Notes: generated by a model from the sequence alone, not told the origin. A stretch of DNA of 64,000 bases from Octopus sinensis (GCF_006345805.1 NC_043004.1:41912001-41976000), one strand, 5' to 3'. Positions 1 to 14,612 are shown, counted from the stretch's first letter. A program made the numbers and translations.

Positions 1-699
1 TGGTATATATAATCCTAGATTGTAGATTGGTATAATCCTACAATATGACTCGCTAAAAGGTTATAGTTGCATCTCTACTCGTGACTAGAATCTGTAATTT
101 TTAAAGAAAGAAAATTATGTAAAGGCGTGAAAAAACTGAAAGAAAAATCAATTACAGAAAGAAAAGAAAAAACAATAACAATACCAAAAATAAAATTATT
201 TAATCACGTATGTGTGCACAGATTTATTAAGGTCTAAGATAAATCTATCTTATAAAGTATTCAAGAATAAGAAAACAACCAGTTCGGATGAGAAAGAAAG
301 AGAATGGAGAAAGAGAGATGGAGAAAGAGAGATGGAGAGTGTGAAGGTGAAAATAATTACTGGTGGCCAATTTCTTTTTTAGATTTTTCAACCTTATTTT
401 CTTTCTCAGTTCAGCTTAAGATAATTAATTTTAGCAGCGTATCATTGCTTTATAATTACAGTGTATCTACTGGAAGACGGATAATAAACAAGTCATCGTA
501 AAGGATAGAGCGAAACCGAAGGTGGGAGAGAAAAAAAAAATTAAAGGCAAAACAGAAAAAAAAAGCTAAATTAGAGAAGGACAGACAGACAGACAAACAG
601 ACAAACAGACAAACAGACAGACAAACAGACAAGACGCATGAGCTGTAATGATAGTAATAATAACAACAACGATACAACGAGTGCAATCATGGTGACAGT

Positions 700-775
700 C
701 ACAAAAGAAAAACAACAGCTATAATAATAGTAGTAGTAGGAACAACAACAACAGCAACAAATAATAATAATAATA

Positions 776-807
<32 letters not shown>

Positions 808-870
808 GATGACGATGATGGTGATGATGATGACGATGATGATGATGATGATGTTGATGATAATAATATG
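700..870. repeat. Compound trinucleotide microsatellite (AAT/AGT/AAC/GAT)n
   Basis: Direct reading: ataatagtagtagt, aacaacaac, aataataat, then a long (gat)n run. Confidence 0.9.
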
Positions 871-1083
871 TCACGAGTGGCCATCCATACATGCAAAATA
901 AGGGTCACAAAAGATGCTATAAAAATCACGGGGACTGTACAAACAAGATCGTATAAAAACGAGTGGAGTAACAGAATACAATACACAATAATTTGTTTTA
1001 ACTTACACTAAGTATATGAATACATGCCTGTATCTGTGTATTTGCGTAGCTATATGTACATCATCAGAAAGAGAGAGAGAGGG

Positions 1084-1155
<72 letters not shown>

Positions 1156-1959
1156 CTGAGTAAGAGGAGTGGGGAAGAAAGAGAACGCTCTCTCTATATC
1201 AGTGTGCGCATGTCCTGGAGATTCGTGCACAAACACTCGTCTACTTAAAAACCTTAGTGATTGCATGTCCAGTTTTCAATGGCAGTCTATCTTTCGCCAC
1301 TCATTCGTTCCTCTGTTAACAAAATTCATCACCTTCCACTTCAGTTACTTTAATTACATATATATTAGTTTTTCGTTGGCTATTTGAAAGACTGTGAATT
1401 TCAGGTGCACGAAGAGAGGCATCTCCTCGTCTGCTTACTTTTTCTTTATTTCTTTTTTTATTTTTCTTATTTGCTGTCAGCAACAGTTTGTCAATATGAG
1501 TCTTTGCCGCCAGTTATACTCGGCGCGTCGATAACAGCAGGGTTTTTTTTGGAGGGATAGTCTTATTATTGTTGAAATTGTTGATGTTGCTCTGAGACAG
1601 ACTGGTGCTAGATCTATGTTTTTCTAATAGCAGTGTGGTTTTTATTATTGTTCATATAACATCTGAATTTTCTGGTCTGTATCACTGATTTAAAGGCTAG
1701 TCACTCTGCACCTACAATGAGTTACAGCTTCCGAGTAGCTATGTGGCCTTCGGAAATCATCAACAAAGTGCAGACAAGTACAGACGTTAAACGATCAAGA
1801 ATTATTTTGGCTATCTCTACGCTAAACACCTCCCTAAACTGTGCGTTAAAAGTGACGCCAAGCCAAAGTTTATTGTCACTACTACTATACCTGGCTGTGA
1901 CCTGGTGTTTTGGATAACTCATATATTTCAATGCCAGATGTGTAGTGAAGTAACTGGAC

Positions 1960-2150
1960 CTGTCATGATTCTCCTGCCGATAGAAAAATATTTCTTTCTA
2001 CGAATCGAACTAACTGCTGCTTCAAGATAAATGGAAGTATTTTACAAAACACGAAGGCATGTTTCGCTCTACTTTGACAGTTGCTCCATATATTCTGAAG
2101 GCAAGAAGATATTGCTTTTCGTAACATAATTCTGTTCCTCAAATAAGTAG
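1960..2150 (-). pseudogene. Possible highly degraded hAT transposase C-terminal (dimerisation) fragment
   Basis: Minus-strand frames give AAVSSIRRKKYFSIGRRIM, loosely resembling the hAT motif PASSxxxERxFSxAGxIxT; weak. Confidence 0.2.
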
Positions 2151-2241
2151 AAAAATTGTTAAAATACAAGCAAGTTCATATAAAACTATTTAACTTGCAT
2201 GGTATCAAAGTGAAAACCATACAAACAATAATTGGGGAATC

Positions 2242-2638
2242 GGATCTTTTCGGTTTGAACGGCAGTTTTTAACATAATTTCTAGGTAACTAAAAAATGTT
2301 AAACTTCGTACACTTGTAGAATGTCTTTATAAAACATCTTTTTCTCTTAGCTTTATTGAGAAAAGTCTATAGTGTGTAAGATATTTGTTGTTTTTTTCTT
2401 CAATTTCTTCAATTTCAACCAATCACTGACGTCTATTGAGGTAAAAAAAAACATTCTGTGCCGTATGAATATGTCCCTCGTTTAAGAAACAAATTGGGTT
2501 TATTTACATTTGTGAAGAAAAAAAGATACCCCTCCCCCCAACCCTAACCCTACCCTAGCTAACCCTAACCCTAAAACAGATTGAAATGCAATAGATCGAT
2601 ACTAGGATCATAATTCTAGTTACTTTTTAGAAACTGCC
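2242..2638 (+). mobile_element. MITE copy 1 (GGATC-TIR family with internal CCCTAA repeats), right end degraded
   Basis: Starts ggatcttttcggtttgaacggcag; body matches the copies at 33178, 35036, 35854 and 36855; right TIR decayed. Confidence 0.85.
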
Positions 2639-2974
2639 TTCTTCGTTATAGAAGTAACTGAAATAATTAGAGAAGATAAAAACTATATAGTTGTATTTAA
2701 ATACTATAGCTACATGATTGAAGGTAGAGATTAATTAATGAATAAATAGATGTGTGTAATTATCGTGAGTATGAACCAAAGCAATTCCATATGTGCGTGC
2801 GGGTCTGTGAGTGTGTGTGCGCGCGTACGTCTGTGTGCGTGTGCATGCATATTCATTTCAATGCATTGTGTATGCGCATGCGCTGTCTGTATATGCGTTG
2901 GTGCCTTTGTGAGTACGAGTATGGTAATATGAACGTCAATGTATCTATTTAGTAATACTAATATATGTATTTAT

Positions 2975-3027
2975 ATGTCTACATATGTATGAATGAATGC
3001 GTATATGTGTGTATATATATATGTATA

Positions 3028-3061
<34 letters not shown>

Positions 3062-3119
3062 CACACATATATATATATGTATATATACATATATACATAC
3101 ATATATATATATATAATGC

Positions 3120-3150
<31 letters not shown>

Positions 3151-3178
3151 CATATATACATATATATTTATTTATATA

Positions 3179-3219
<41 letters not shown>

Positions 3220-3280
3220 TATACACATATGTGATCACGCACATGCGCGCACACACACACATACATATACACACATGCAA
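2975..3280. repeat. (TA)n/(CA)n microsatellite
   Basis: Direct reading; source of the spurious YI-repeat ORFs. Confidence 0.95.
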
Positions 3281-3954
3281 ATAAACAAACATCTATTATA
3301 CGTACGTGTGTATACGCAACCCGTGAGAGATTAGATTTGGAGCGGATTACTCTTGAGCGTGAAGTGTTTTCCGGCGTTGTTGTTGTAATTGTTTTAGCAT
3401 TTGTTGTTTTGCTTATTCTTGTTGCAGTTGTTGTTGTTATTTGCTTGATTATTTCTGTTGTAAAATTATTGACGTCGTAGTGGCTGAGTTATTATCGTTG
3501 ATATTGCTCTACTTGTTATCGACCTTTTTTATGCCGAGGCGGGACTAAGACAAATCTAAACCTTCAGTTAGACATCTATAAACAGTCCTAAAATGACACG
3601 AGGGAGGACGAACTTGCTGAGAATAACGAGAATTTCTTTCGTTATTCTTCATTTGTATTTTTTGTGTGTTTTCTGGTGTGTTTTTTTTTTATTTATTTTG
3701 TATTCTATTGTATTTCTATGTGTGCTTGTGTTTATCACACTTGATTTAGAAGGATATGTTATATTCTATTTCTCTCTTACTCTCTATTTCCATCGATATT
3801 TTGCCCTCCTCTGTGTCTATATTTCTCACTAGATACATCTCCATATATTTGGCTCTTTACGTCTGTCTCTCTAACTATATGTCTCTATCTCTCTCTATAC
3901 TTCTTTATATCGATATTTCTGTCTCTACGTACGCCTGATTCCATTTACCCATAT

Positions 3955-4054
3955 TCTTTCTTTCTTTCTTTCTTCCTTCCTTCCTTCCTTCCTTCCTTTC
4001 TTTCTTTCTTTCTTTCTTTCTTTTTCATTCCTTCCTTCCTTCCTTCCTTCCTTC

Positions 4055-4111
<57 letters not shown>

Positions 4112-4122
4112 TTCCTTCCTTC

Positions 4123-4157
<35 letters not shown>

Positions 4158-4160
4158 TCC
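3955..4160. repeat. (TTCC)n/(TTTC)n tetranucleotide array
   Basis: Direct reading. Confidence 0.95.
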
Positions 4161-4554
4161 TTTGTCGTCGTTTAGTACGCTTTATTAGTAGCCTTATTTT
4201 AGTACGTTTAGTTATTCATTCCTGAAAATGAATCGATATCACTGTAATCTTTCAACTAATTTATCGTGGTAAGATAGAGTACCTCACCCACACTAATTCA
4301 CCGTTACTGAATTTACAAAAGAAATTATTATTTGCGTTTTAATCTTCATATTTCTATCTGAGTTGAACTGACATCAAGATCGCCCTCACACCGCATTCCA
4401 CCAGAACGAAAATAATACATATCTACATAAAAACATACATTAATATCTGCGATATAACATGGTGGTAATATCGTTCTGCAATGTTTTGATGAACAACCTA
4501 AACAATGGATTTGTTTATTGTGGTGAAATGTATGTACTAAACATTAACTCACTC

Positions 4555-4715
4555 CCGCCGGAACGGATGCAGGCCAAGTGTCGAAATTATCGAAGAGAGC
4601 AAAGTGAGATAATAAAGAATTTTGTTTAAGAACAGAACGCACCGCTCGATCCAAGATTGAACTTACGGTCTGGCGATCGTGAGTGCATCACCCTCGTCAC
4701 TAGGCCACACACCCA
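4555..4715 (-). mobile_element. Old tRNA-derived SINE, 5' part
   Basis: Minus strand reads gtgtggcctagtgacgagggtg...gtaagttcaatc, a degenerate A/B-box tRNA head. Confidence 0.55.
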
Positions 4716-4905
4716 TATATGGATGCAAACAAACATTTTGAACATCATGTTCAAGAATATCATTTGATTTGGTGAAGAACTCTTGAACATGTTCTCTAAA
4801 CGTATAGCATTCCAGCAGAAGAAAAGATGGCTGCGTTAAATCACTACATCATATCAGGTGAAAGTTATGTTTAGTATATATCTCGTAAGCTAGAGTATAC
4901 TCAAC

Positions 4906-5096
4906 ATATTGGTTTCAAATTTCGGCACAAAGCCGGCAAATTCGATAGAAGGGGTAAATCGATACCTATTTTATTGACTACGAAAGGATAGAAGGCGAGG
5001 TTGCCCTCAGTTGAATTAGATTTCAAAATGTAAGGAGGGACAAAATGCCGCTAAGCATTTTGCCCAGTATGCTAACGATTCTGCCAGTTCGCCACC
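4906..5096 (-). mobile_element. SINE family B (ggcgagctggcaga head, ...gtgccgaaatttgaaaccaat tail)
   Basis: Same head as family A with a different 3' tail. Confidence 0.8.
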
Positions 5097-5412
5097 CTAA
5101 GGATACTAAAAATATTCCGTTGTATTATAGGCACAAGGCCTGAAACTTTTGTTGAGAAAGGGGACTGTGCAAAAAAGTCAAGGACATGGAACCAGTAGTG
5201 TATGTAAATAAACATCATCATAAATCCGGCCTACGTCTTCAGGGTAGAGAGATTTTTGCACACTCCATCTATTACTCGAACTATTACGTAATTTTGACCC
5301 CCCCCATCACAAAAAAACCAGCTGTCAGACCTGAAGTACCATGCACTCTACACTTAGTTTTTTTGTATCTTTTGATCTCCATGTAAATCTGTCAAGTAAC
5401 TATATAAATATC

Positions 5413-6030
5413 TACGAAGGGTGCTCATTAAAGATTTTCCTTGACCCACTTCCAATTATTACAGGAAACGGAACTTGTACAAGTATAATCATACATGTCT
5501 CTACATGTCACTTAGTAAATTGCAGCTTTCCACTAGTATTCGTTTGTCTTTTATGGCCGATGAAGTGGAATAAGCTGCTATGATGGAGGCAGTTGAATGC
5601 AGATCAGTGATCAGGTTCTTATACTTGAAAGGTCGTAGATCAAAATAGACTTTCGATGAGATGGAAGAAGTTTATGATGATGATGCCCCATAATATAACG
5701 TAGTCAAGTACTGGCATCGCCAGTTCAAATTAAGTTGGACATCAGTGGAAACTGCTCCTATTCCTGGACGGTCACATTCCACCATTGATAACGTCATCCA
5801 TAAAGTGGAAGCTGCCATTTTGGAGGATTGCTGCATGACATATGAAATCCTTCCTCATTCCCTTTACTCTCCCAACCTCGTACCATCTGACTTCCACCTC
5901 TTTCCAAGCATGAAGTCGCTTTGAAGGGGAAGTACTTTTCGGATGATGAAGAACTTATATTCGAGGTAAAGTCTTGGTTCCAGACACAACCTAGAGGCGA
6001 AGTTTTCACAGCTGCATAAAGCCTTATATT
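5413..6030 (+). mobile_element. Internally deleted mariner (Tc1/mariner) transposon remnant
   Basis: TA-tacgaaggg left end. N-terminal MMEAVECRSVIRFLYLKG...YWHRQFK HTH-like region is joined to YEILPHSLYSPNLVPSDFHLFPSMK, matching the mariner YSPDLAPSDFHLF motif; stops present. Confidence 0.85.
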
Positions 6031-6261
6031 TCTATACGTATTTACATGTACATATGTATGAAAATTTTCTATGTCATGCTCAGGCGTATTCATTTATCTA
6101 TTTGCATCATTATCTCTATATCAGTTCACCTAGATTCCTCTTATAACGATTCTTTACCCCGCGGACTAAGTTCTCGATAAAAATTTCGGAGTGTATGTTG
6201 AAATAAATTAAGCACTATTCTATTTTGAGCATCTCTGGATCTCACCTGTTGACTCTATACA

Positions 6262-6264
<3 letters not shown>

Positions 6265-6327
<63 letters not shown>

Positions 6328-6379
6328 GATGTACATACACACACATATATATACATGTATATATGCATGTATGATTACA

Positions 6380-6420
<41 letters not shown>

Positions 6421-6440
6421 GCACACACGCGCACGCACAT
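6265..6440. repeat. (TA)n/(CATA)n/(CA)n microsatellite
   Basis: Direct reading. Confidence 0.95.
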
Positions 6441-6464
6441 ATCTAAATATGTATATGCATTGTA

Positions 6465-7235
6465 AGTAGGAGGCTGATCACGTTACTGGAAGAAAATAAC
6501 TTGCTCGCCAATACACAACGTGGCTTCTATTCGGGGAGGCGCTGCGCACACATCTAATACTACATTATGATTGGGTACGGAAACAGCAGCTTAACCACTG
6601 AGACGTGGATGTGTTATATCTCGACTTTGACAAGTTTGATTATGGGATGATATATAACAAACTGCGCGATCTTGATATCATTAAGGAAGTGGGAGACTGA
6701 CTGTATAATTTTATAAAAGGTAGAATTCAGACAGCTGCACCCAGTGGTGCTTCCATGGGGTGGTGTATCACTTCGCAGTGGAGTGCTTTAAGGAACTGTG
6801 CTGAGACCACTACTGTGGTGGCTCTCTCAGGACATACCCTAAACCATACAATCAGCCATTCTGACCGGCTATGGTATTGATTCAAGAGAATCACAGACGG
6901 TAAAGGACACTGATGCCATATTAAAACTACAAAATGACCTGCATGCATTGTATAAATGATCATTCCTCATACAAATAACATGTACTCCACCATCGGCCCA
7001 CAAACAGATTACAATCGAACCAAGGACTGTAACAGCTTGGGTTGCAAAAGCGCACAACTGATCAACATTCTGCCAAAAAAAAAAAGCTCAAAAGTTTGCG
7101 AGGTGTAGATGTGGCGGTCTTCAGAGAGAGTCTCCACAATATTTTGTCTGAAAAACCTGATGAACCCAGTCGTGACAGGAGGCACAACGAGGAGCAGCTC
7201 CGACCAACTCGCTACTTCACCGAAACAGTACAGAA
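6465..7235 (+). mobile_element. Degenerate CR1-clade LINE: RT fragment plus C-terminus, internally deleted
   Basis: LLEENNLLANTQRGFYSGR...DVDVLYLDFDKFD resembles RT domains 2-3; later VDVAVFRESLHNILSEKPDEP resembles the CR1 ORF2 end. Confidence 0.75.
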
Positions 7236-7561
7236 TAGAAATCGAAACATACTAAAAGGTAGTGCTCCAGCATGGCCCCAGCCTTTGAATGAAACCAGTA
7301 AATGTTTAAAAAAATTCAACATACGTAATATATGTATATAGTCGTATTTACATATATAGCAGTATTTCTAAATGTCAAGTGTACCCGTAAAGATCATCGG
7401 AGATTCTCATATGAATTCCACTGGCACGCAACAATGCAAAAGTACGAGTCCCAAAAGAGTCACTTATCATTCGAAAATTAATAGACTCTGTATCTGAAGT
7501 AATGAATGACTTACTTTGTAATTTCTCCGTTTCTAACGGTATATTCTATCCCAGTTTGTAT

Positions 7562-7562
7562 A

Positions 7563-7637
<75 letters not shown>

Positions 7638-7782
7638 CGCCCATCCGCCCATCCGTCCATCCATCCATCCATCCATCCATCCATCCATCCATCCATCCAT
7701 CTCCGTCCGTCCGTCCGTCCGCCCGTCCGTCCGCCTACCTGTCTGTCTGTCTGTCTGTTCGTACATCTCTCTCTCTCTCTCT

Positions 7783-7873
<91 letters not shown>

Positions 7874-7880
7874 GATTATC
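7562..7880. repeat. Compound tetranucleotide array (ATCT)n-(CCAT)n-(CCGT)n-(CTGT)n-(ATCT)n
   Basis: Direct reading. Confidence 0.95.
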
Positions 7881-8712
7881 TATCTATTTGTGGAAGCGTG
7901 TGATTTAGTGACCAGTGTATGTGTGTGTGTTTGCATCCCGGCTAGAACCATACGCTAGAACCATGTGTATGCGTAACGAAGTTAATTCTGTTTGCTGCAG
8001 TTATAGCTTCCGCGAAATTTTTCTTTCCACCAGGAGAGCTTTTTCTATGACTGTCGTCGTTGCATGTGACAATTCGTTGAGCCTATCATGCCCTTTTTTC
8101 TCAAATTCATTTTCGACGTTCAGATTTTTCTTCGGAACATTCAGCCTCTATATGCCTTCCAGAGACTGTTTATCTCTTCATCGTTTCTAACTCACCATTC
8201 CAGCACAAATATTTTCTTAGTTTTCATATTATCTTTCAGCACCTAATTAAGTTTTTGAAGCTCGCAATGTTTTGCAAGAGATTTTTTTTTTATCTGTTTA
8301 TCACTCCTTGCTTGGTTGTTTAAATATTGATCTGTAACTTTTTATTGATTACCATTTGTATCCTGTTTTGCACAAGACTTCGTTCTGTTAACTTATATAT
8401 TATATATATATATATATATGATATATATATATATTTCATTTTGTATCTGAAATCACAAAGATACCCTTGATATTCGCCGGTTTGTCTTCTTTCCTTTGAT
8501 CAAACTCGCTCTTTTTCTCTTTTTTCTCAACGCTATATAGTTTTTCAGATCCTGTTATTCTCAACTTTGATTTTTCGGAAACTGCTGATCTTGTATATGA
8601 TTTTTTCATTGGTCAGTTTGTTACTCCCTTTCTATCTCTCTCTCTCTCTCTCACACTTATTGCATATTGAGTAATAGCATCAATTTTTTCTGAACAACTT
8701 TAGCGACTTCAG

Positions 8713-8733
8713 ACACACACACACACAAGCACA

Positions 8734-8785
<52 letters not shown>

Positions 8786-8968
8786 GACTCACACACACAC
8801 ACACAAACACACAGACACACACCATACACACATAACCATACATACACACACAACCACGCACACACATAAACACACACACACCCACATAACCATACACACA
8901 CACAAAAACACACACACCCACACCCACACACACCCACACCCACACACACACATAACCACACACATACA
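8713..8968. repeat. Degenerate (CA)n array
   Basis: Direct reading. Confidence 0.9.
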
Positions 8969-9577
8969 AAACAGTTTATAAAATAAACAGAACGAAAGTT
9001 TTTCAAAATTTGTATATAAGTGAGGTAATTAAGTGTTGAATACTAAATGGCCAATATATCAAACAATCTTTAAGCAAGACATGACGCAGTGTGGAGAAAC
9101 AGGATGTGATTGTGCTGCAATAAACTAGAAGTAGAATGACAATTAAGTATCCCATGAGAAACGATATACAGATAAACGACATTAAGCTAAAAGGATTTGG
9201 AACGTGTCACACAGAGAAGCAACAACAAAATTGAGCAATAAAAAATAGATCGCTTAAGTTGCGAATAAAACAACTTTAAATATACATTACTTCTTAAGAA
9301 CACCGAAATGCAGCCGATCAAAACGATAGCTATAGAAATACAATGAAGGAAAATGTAAGTAAATTCATGGAAGAAGGTTGTTGTAGTAACATGTAGAGCG
9401 GTCTGGTGCCAACGTCATTCCATAGGAAAACTAATTCAGCTTAAATATTGAATATACTATACCACATGTATGAAACATCAACTTCTTTCGGTGATGTACT
9501 GTGACATTTGAAGTGATATATGCATGTATGAATGTATATATGAAAATGTTGATTATGTATGTATATATATATAAATT

Positions 9578-9776
9578 AAATTAGAGATAAAACCACTATT
9601 AGGCAACTCAAACAGTGATAGACATAAACCAAAACATAAAAAAACAAGTATAATTTATGTCTATCACTGTTTGAGTTGCCTAATACTGGTTTTATCTCTA
9701 ATTTGATTTATAATATACTGTGAAATTTGAGTTAATCCTAAATCTAATTTTTCCCTGTAAGTTTGGATATACTCCC

Positions 9777-9782
<6 letters not shown>
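9578..9782 (-). mobile_element. PLE-like terminal fragment with a 51-bp foldback
   Basis: Arms 9578-9628 and 9654-9704 (1 mismatch). 9654-9782 is homologous to 63796-63920 and ends at a (TA)n tract. Confidence 0.65.
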
Positions 9783-9856
<74 letters not shown>

Positions 9857-9858
<2 letters not shown>

Positions 9859-10353
9859 TGAAAAATTCGAAGGGAAATTCCACGTGGTGGTAAATATAAA
9901 ATGAGATTTAAGGTGAAAAAGCACAGAAACCTTGTTTGTGCAGATAAAGATTATTTAACCCATTACAATATAAAAATAAATAAAAATAATAATGAAATTA
10001 TTGTTTACAGTGCTCAGGTGCACCACAACCTGTCAAAAGTGCGCACATACATACTCTCTTATACACACACGCACCTTCGTGTTGGGGGTCCTCTTCACTT
10101 TGTTATCTCCCCTTCTTTCTTCTCCTGTGTGACCCTTCTGTCCGAGTCAGACGCCATGATAGATCGTTAGCCACTACACACATTTTTTCTCTCCTTGTTT
10201 CTCTCCTTATTTTTTCTGTGTCCCTTTCTGTAGAAGAGCGAAGGCTCGAAACCTAAAAGACTTTTTCTATTCCTGAGAGTTATACTAATACAATGTTTGC
10301 TTTGTACACCACCTGTCTTCGTCTTTTGTTATTATTTTTTCGTACACTCTCCC
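9857..10353 (+). mobile_element. Longest copy of the 'gccatgatagatcgttagcc' element (PLE-LTR-like, HHR-like motif at 10224-10260)
   Basis: 3' ~200 bp shared with 12482, 20397, 30231 and 60047; flanked by TA runs. Confidence 0.7.
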
Positions 10354-12431
10354 TATATATATATACATATACACTATAGCATATACTATAGGAATAGTCA
10401 CAACAGTAACATCAGTGAAGTATCGAGCGACATTACCATAATCATTTAAAATCATTAATCATAGCACTACTGCATATATCTCTAGTAAAACTATGCAAAT
10501 TTATAACTATTACAGTGCATGCCCTGTATCAAATAGTCCGTCGTCACTAAATCAAGACGGCTTACTTGAACAAATCTCTCTTTAAATATTGGCTAGACAA
10601 TATAACTGTTTATGTGAAAATAAGTGCTAAATAATCGCGTGTTACAAGATATATATTTAATCTTTGTGTTTATACTGAGAAAGAAATAATATGTCTCTCA
10701 ATCTTGAGTAATACATTTTGATAAACATAAAAAAGCAATCTCAGCAAACCAGTTGTTCTATGTCGGCAAGAATTACTGATTAAATTTTGTTGGGAGACAG
10801 TGGAAATCTCGTCTCGTCACGTATCACGTTTTCAATATTTATCAAGTGAATTTATTTTTCTCACCCCTTGAATGATATACTTTGAAAGTGAGCTTATATA
10901 CTGAGTCTAGAATATATACGTATTTAATCTGAAATTGTAGAGATATTGTTTATTCTCTTGCTGATTTCAGTTATTGATCTGCATCTCTTCCCGATTATCT
11001 TCGAATGTTTAATTGATTACGTTAACACCAGACTGCTAAGGAAGTATTTTATAAGCAAGTAAATTAGAATTGACTTCAGAAGGTATTATGAAATCGCGAT
11101 GCGACCAAAAGGGTGTGATCAAAGGCATGTGACCAAAGGAATGTTAAGAAATGGATGTTATGGAATTGGGATGTGACCAAATACTGTTTCTGCCTATTTA
11201 CAAACTTATGGACACAAATACTTAATGCATATTGCTTTAAAAAATGTTTTTCACTACGCTTGTTATACTAGCCAGATGAATAGACTTCTTGCGTTAGGAA
11301 GAATATGGTGGTGGTCCGGCATTTTCGGGTAAATAAAATATTTATTTCGAAGAATAAAAAAAAATCAAATTTGAGAATATTGGTGCTGGATTCGGTTCCT
11401 CAACTTTAGAATTTTTCATTGCCTGGAAAGAGAACGGCATTAAATTTTGGGTTCATATGGCTTCTCTTTAATAGTGTTATTGAGTTGGTCATGATGAACG
11501 TACTTAAAAAACTGAATGTAGGGAACTTAAAATTTTTGATACATTTAATTATGGTAAGGTAGTATTTAAATACTTTTAACTAAAGGGGAGTTGCTGTCGT
11601 TTAGCCTAGGTCAGACGTAACAAGGAAACCTTTAGTCAAATGCGTCCCAGTTATGAAATTCTCGTAATTGAAGTATCTTTTAGTAAGGTATTATCCAATG
11701 ATCTCTACCCATTTGCAACAAGACAGGGTTATATTTAAGAGAGAATTCTATTTCTAACGGGTCCAGCGACAAAATAAAGACACTTTAATCATGACTTCAG
11801 CAAAACAAAATACATTATAGAAAAGATCTTTATAAAAATGCCGGGTGTGATGATTCAGAGTTTTAAAAATAATTATGAATAAAGCTTCGCCAACAAAGAT
11901 TCATAACAAATTCATGAAAGTAGTATTGTAATTTGGTAGAAATTACTTCGTAAGTCTGAAGTGGAGCTGAAATTTAAGAATATCACAAATTAAGTATGGC
12001 AATGTACTGCAACACTGTATAGGGAAATCTGAAAAAACATTTGGCAAGCAACAGCTAAAGAGTAACGGCGAAACTTATCTTTCACAGACTGTTTGGAAAG
12101 AGAAATATCAATTTCAAGGAAAAAATTTGATGAAACTATCACAGGCTGTTATGAATAATCAGTCATTGACCTAACATTAAAACTACTTAGAAAATTAAAA
12201 ATATAAATTCAGACAATTGCCACATTGATTTCTAATTTATTATTAATCATTTTCGAAACTATAAAAGTCACGACAATTTTGAGTGTAAAACTAATATTTT
12301 TATGGATGCTTCATTGAAACAGAGTTTGTTTATAAAATTGTTTTCGAGATTAATAAAAAACGATTTAAATTGTTCCAAGATGATTTTGAAAATTTGAAAT
12401 TTTTATACATTTCTGTTTAAGAAATGATGCA

Positions 12432-12464
<33 letters not shown>

Positions 12465-12481
12465 CGCTATATATATATAAT

Positions 12482-12669
12482 CAGTCGCCATGATAAATCG
12501 TTAGCCACTAAACACATTTTTTTCTCCTTGTTTTTTCTGTGTTCCTTTCTGTTGAAGAGCGTAGGCTCGAAACGTAAAAGACTTTTTCTGTACCTGAGCG
12601 TTATACTAATACATCTGTTTGTTTTGTACACCACTGTCTTTGTCTTTTGTTTTCTTCGTAAACTTTCCC

Positions 12670-12670
<1 letters not shown>
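12482..12670 (+). mobile_element. 'gccatgatagatcg' element copy with HHR-like motif (12545-12581)
   Basis: cttt-CTGTTGA-A-GAGC-gtag-GCTC-GAA-ACGT-A-aaag. Confidence 0.8.
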
Positions 12671-12695
<25 letters not shown>

Positions 12696-12700
<5 letters not shown>

Positions 12701-13097
12701 TGTGTGTCTGTGTTTGTGCCCCCACCATAGCTTGACTACTGATGCTGGTGCGTTTACGTTCACGTAACTTAGCGGTTTGGCAAAAGACACCGATAGAATA
12801 AGTCCTGGGGTCGTTTTGTTTGACTAAAGGCGGTGCTCCAACGTGGCTGCAGTTAGTTGACTGAAACAAATAAAAGAATATATATATATATATATATATA
12901 TATGCGTGTGTGTGTGCATGTGTGTGTGTGCGTGTGTCTGTGTTTGTCCTTTACCACTCCTTGATAAGTAGCTTTAGTGTGTTTTAGCGGTTAAGCAAAG
13001 AGGACTAATAGAATAAGTACTTGGATCGATTTATTCGATTCTTAAAGGCGGTGCCCCAGCATGGCCGCAGTCTAATGACTGAAACAAGCAAGAAGAG
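12696..13097 (+). mobile_element. Two 3' halves of SINE family C (12696-12879, 12935-13097)
   Basis: cgtaacttagcggt...ggcggtgctccagcatggccgcagt...ctgaaacaag tail. Confidence 0.8.
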
Positions 13098-13654
13098 AAA
13101 TGACACATACATTCATGCATTTGTGTATGGATCGCACGTATGTATGAGTGTGTGTTTATGAATATGTACATGCATGTATGTAAATGTTACAAAAAATAAA
13201 ACTGATTTTTTTTTTCTGAGCAGAAAATATTTAATATTTAATATATTGATCTCCAACATTAGAACAAGGTTACGAGATATTTGAATGAATAGTATTGACT
13301 CGGTCACCTGACACATAGCTTACTTATTATATCTGGACATATAACTGATAAGGGAAAACATATTTTGTTTAAAATTCCAAATGTAAATGGATGTTGGAAA
13401 ATACTGAAAAGTAAGTTTGTTGCCACCTTCATATATATTAGTATTTTAATAGTTGCATTCATTAGGGAGGACATTGTTTCGAACAAACTAAGCCTAACCT
13501 GGAAGCTGTAGAGATGTAAACAGAGCAAAAGAAAAAAAAACTGACACTCCGTCGATTTCGACGACGATGATTCCAGTTGATCAGGGAGATTCAGCATGAT
13601 ACAGAATGTGACATTGCAGGTCTTTGAAATACATGTATTAGTAATTCTTGCAAG

Positions 13655-13778
13655 CTGAGTGGACGGGAGCATTTTGAAATGAAATGACTTGCTCAAAGAC
13701 ATAACGCGCCACCGAGAATTGAACTCGCGACCTTACGATTATCTGCCGAATATCCTAGCCAATAAATCACGCCCCTTC
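13655..13778 (-). mobile_element. tRNA-headed SINE fragment (family E)
   Basis: agctgagtggacgggagc...cttgctcaaagacataac...gaattgaactcgcgacc; related to 59770-59972. Confidence 0.65.
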
Positions 13779-13986
13779 ACTTAACCAAAGCAACATCGAT
13801 TGTCCAGCGGTGGAGGGACTGACACAAACCCAAAGATGCAGACAAAACTCATTTCCTCTGTGGGTGTGCGAACACACACACACACACACACTCACGCACA
13901 CACACACACGCACACACACTCACGCACACACACACACACGCACACACACCACATACACGCGCATTTACACATACACAAACATACAT

Positions 13987-14021
<35 letters not shown>

Positions 14022-14035
14022 ATATATATATATTT

Positions 14036-14612
14036 TATATTATATTGAGGGTACTACTATTCGTAGATACCAACACGCTAAGAGGGACCAATGCGGTCAA
14101 AACTACTAAAAATAAACAAAATTTTACCGAATGCAAAACTTCAAAACACATCATTTTAAAAAAAGATTCAGTTACATATCACATGTGATTCGCATTTAAT
14201 GCAGAATATGCATTTCATGTCATCAGTGCAACAAACTCAAGAAATATAAGAGAAAAACATAACATTACAAGCTCGATAGCTAACCGCAGAATTCGTCGTA
14301 GCATGTACGAATGTTATCTTTACATATCTATGAAAATGGCGGGCTTATTCGCAATGCATTTCGGGTACAAATTGTCTAGTCGGAATAAAAATTCAGTATT
14401 GAACTATCCGGTGAAAAATATAAATTAACAATTGAGGATAAAATCTTTAAAAGAAATTATCAGTAGTCAGCGTGAAAAACCTCGTAAGAGAAAAAATCCG
14501 TAAATTCTTCCTCTTTGAAAATATTCATTTATATTATATTGAGGGTACTACTATTCGTAGATACCAACACGCTAAGAGGGACCAATGCGGTCAAAACTAC
14601 TAAAAATAAACA

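Noticed and set aside
7150-7175. CTGATGA hits at 7158, 22161, 56654 and 58931
   Set aside because: No stem II/GAAA partner; 7158 is CR1 coding sequence (PDE)
14076-14110. HHR-like CTAAGAG-GGACC-aatgc-GGTC-AAAACTACT in the 90-bp direct repeat
   Set aside because: Core, stem III and stem I are all defective; at best a dead remnant
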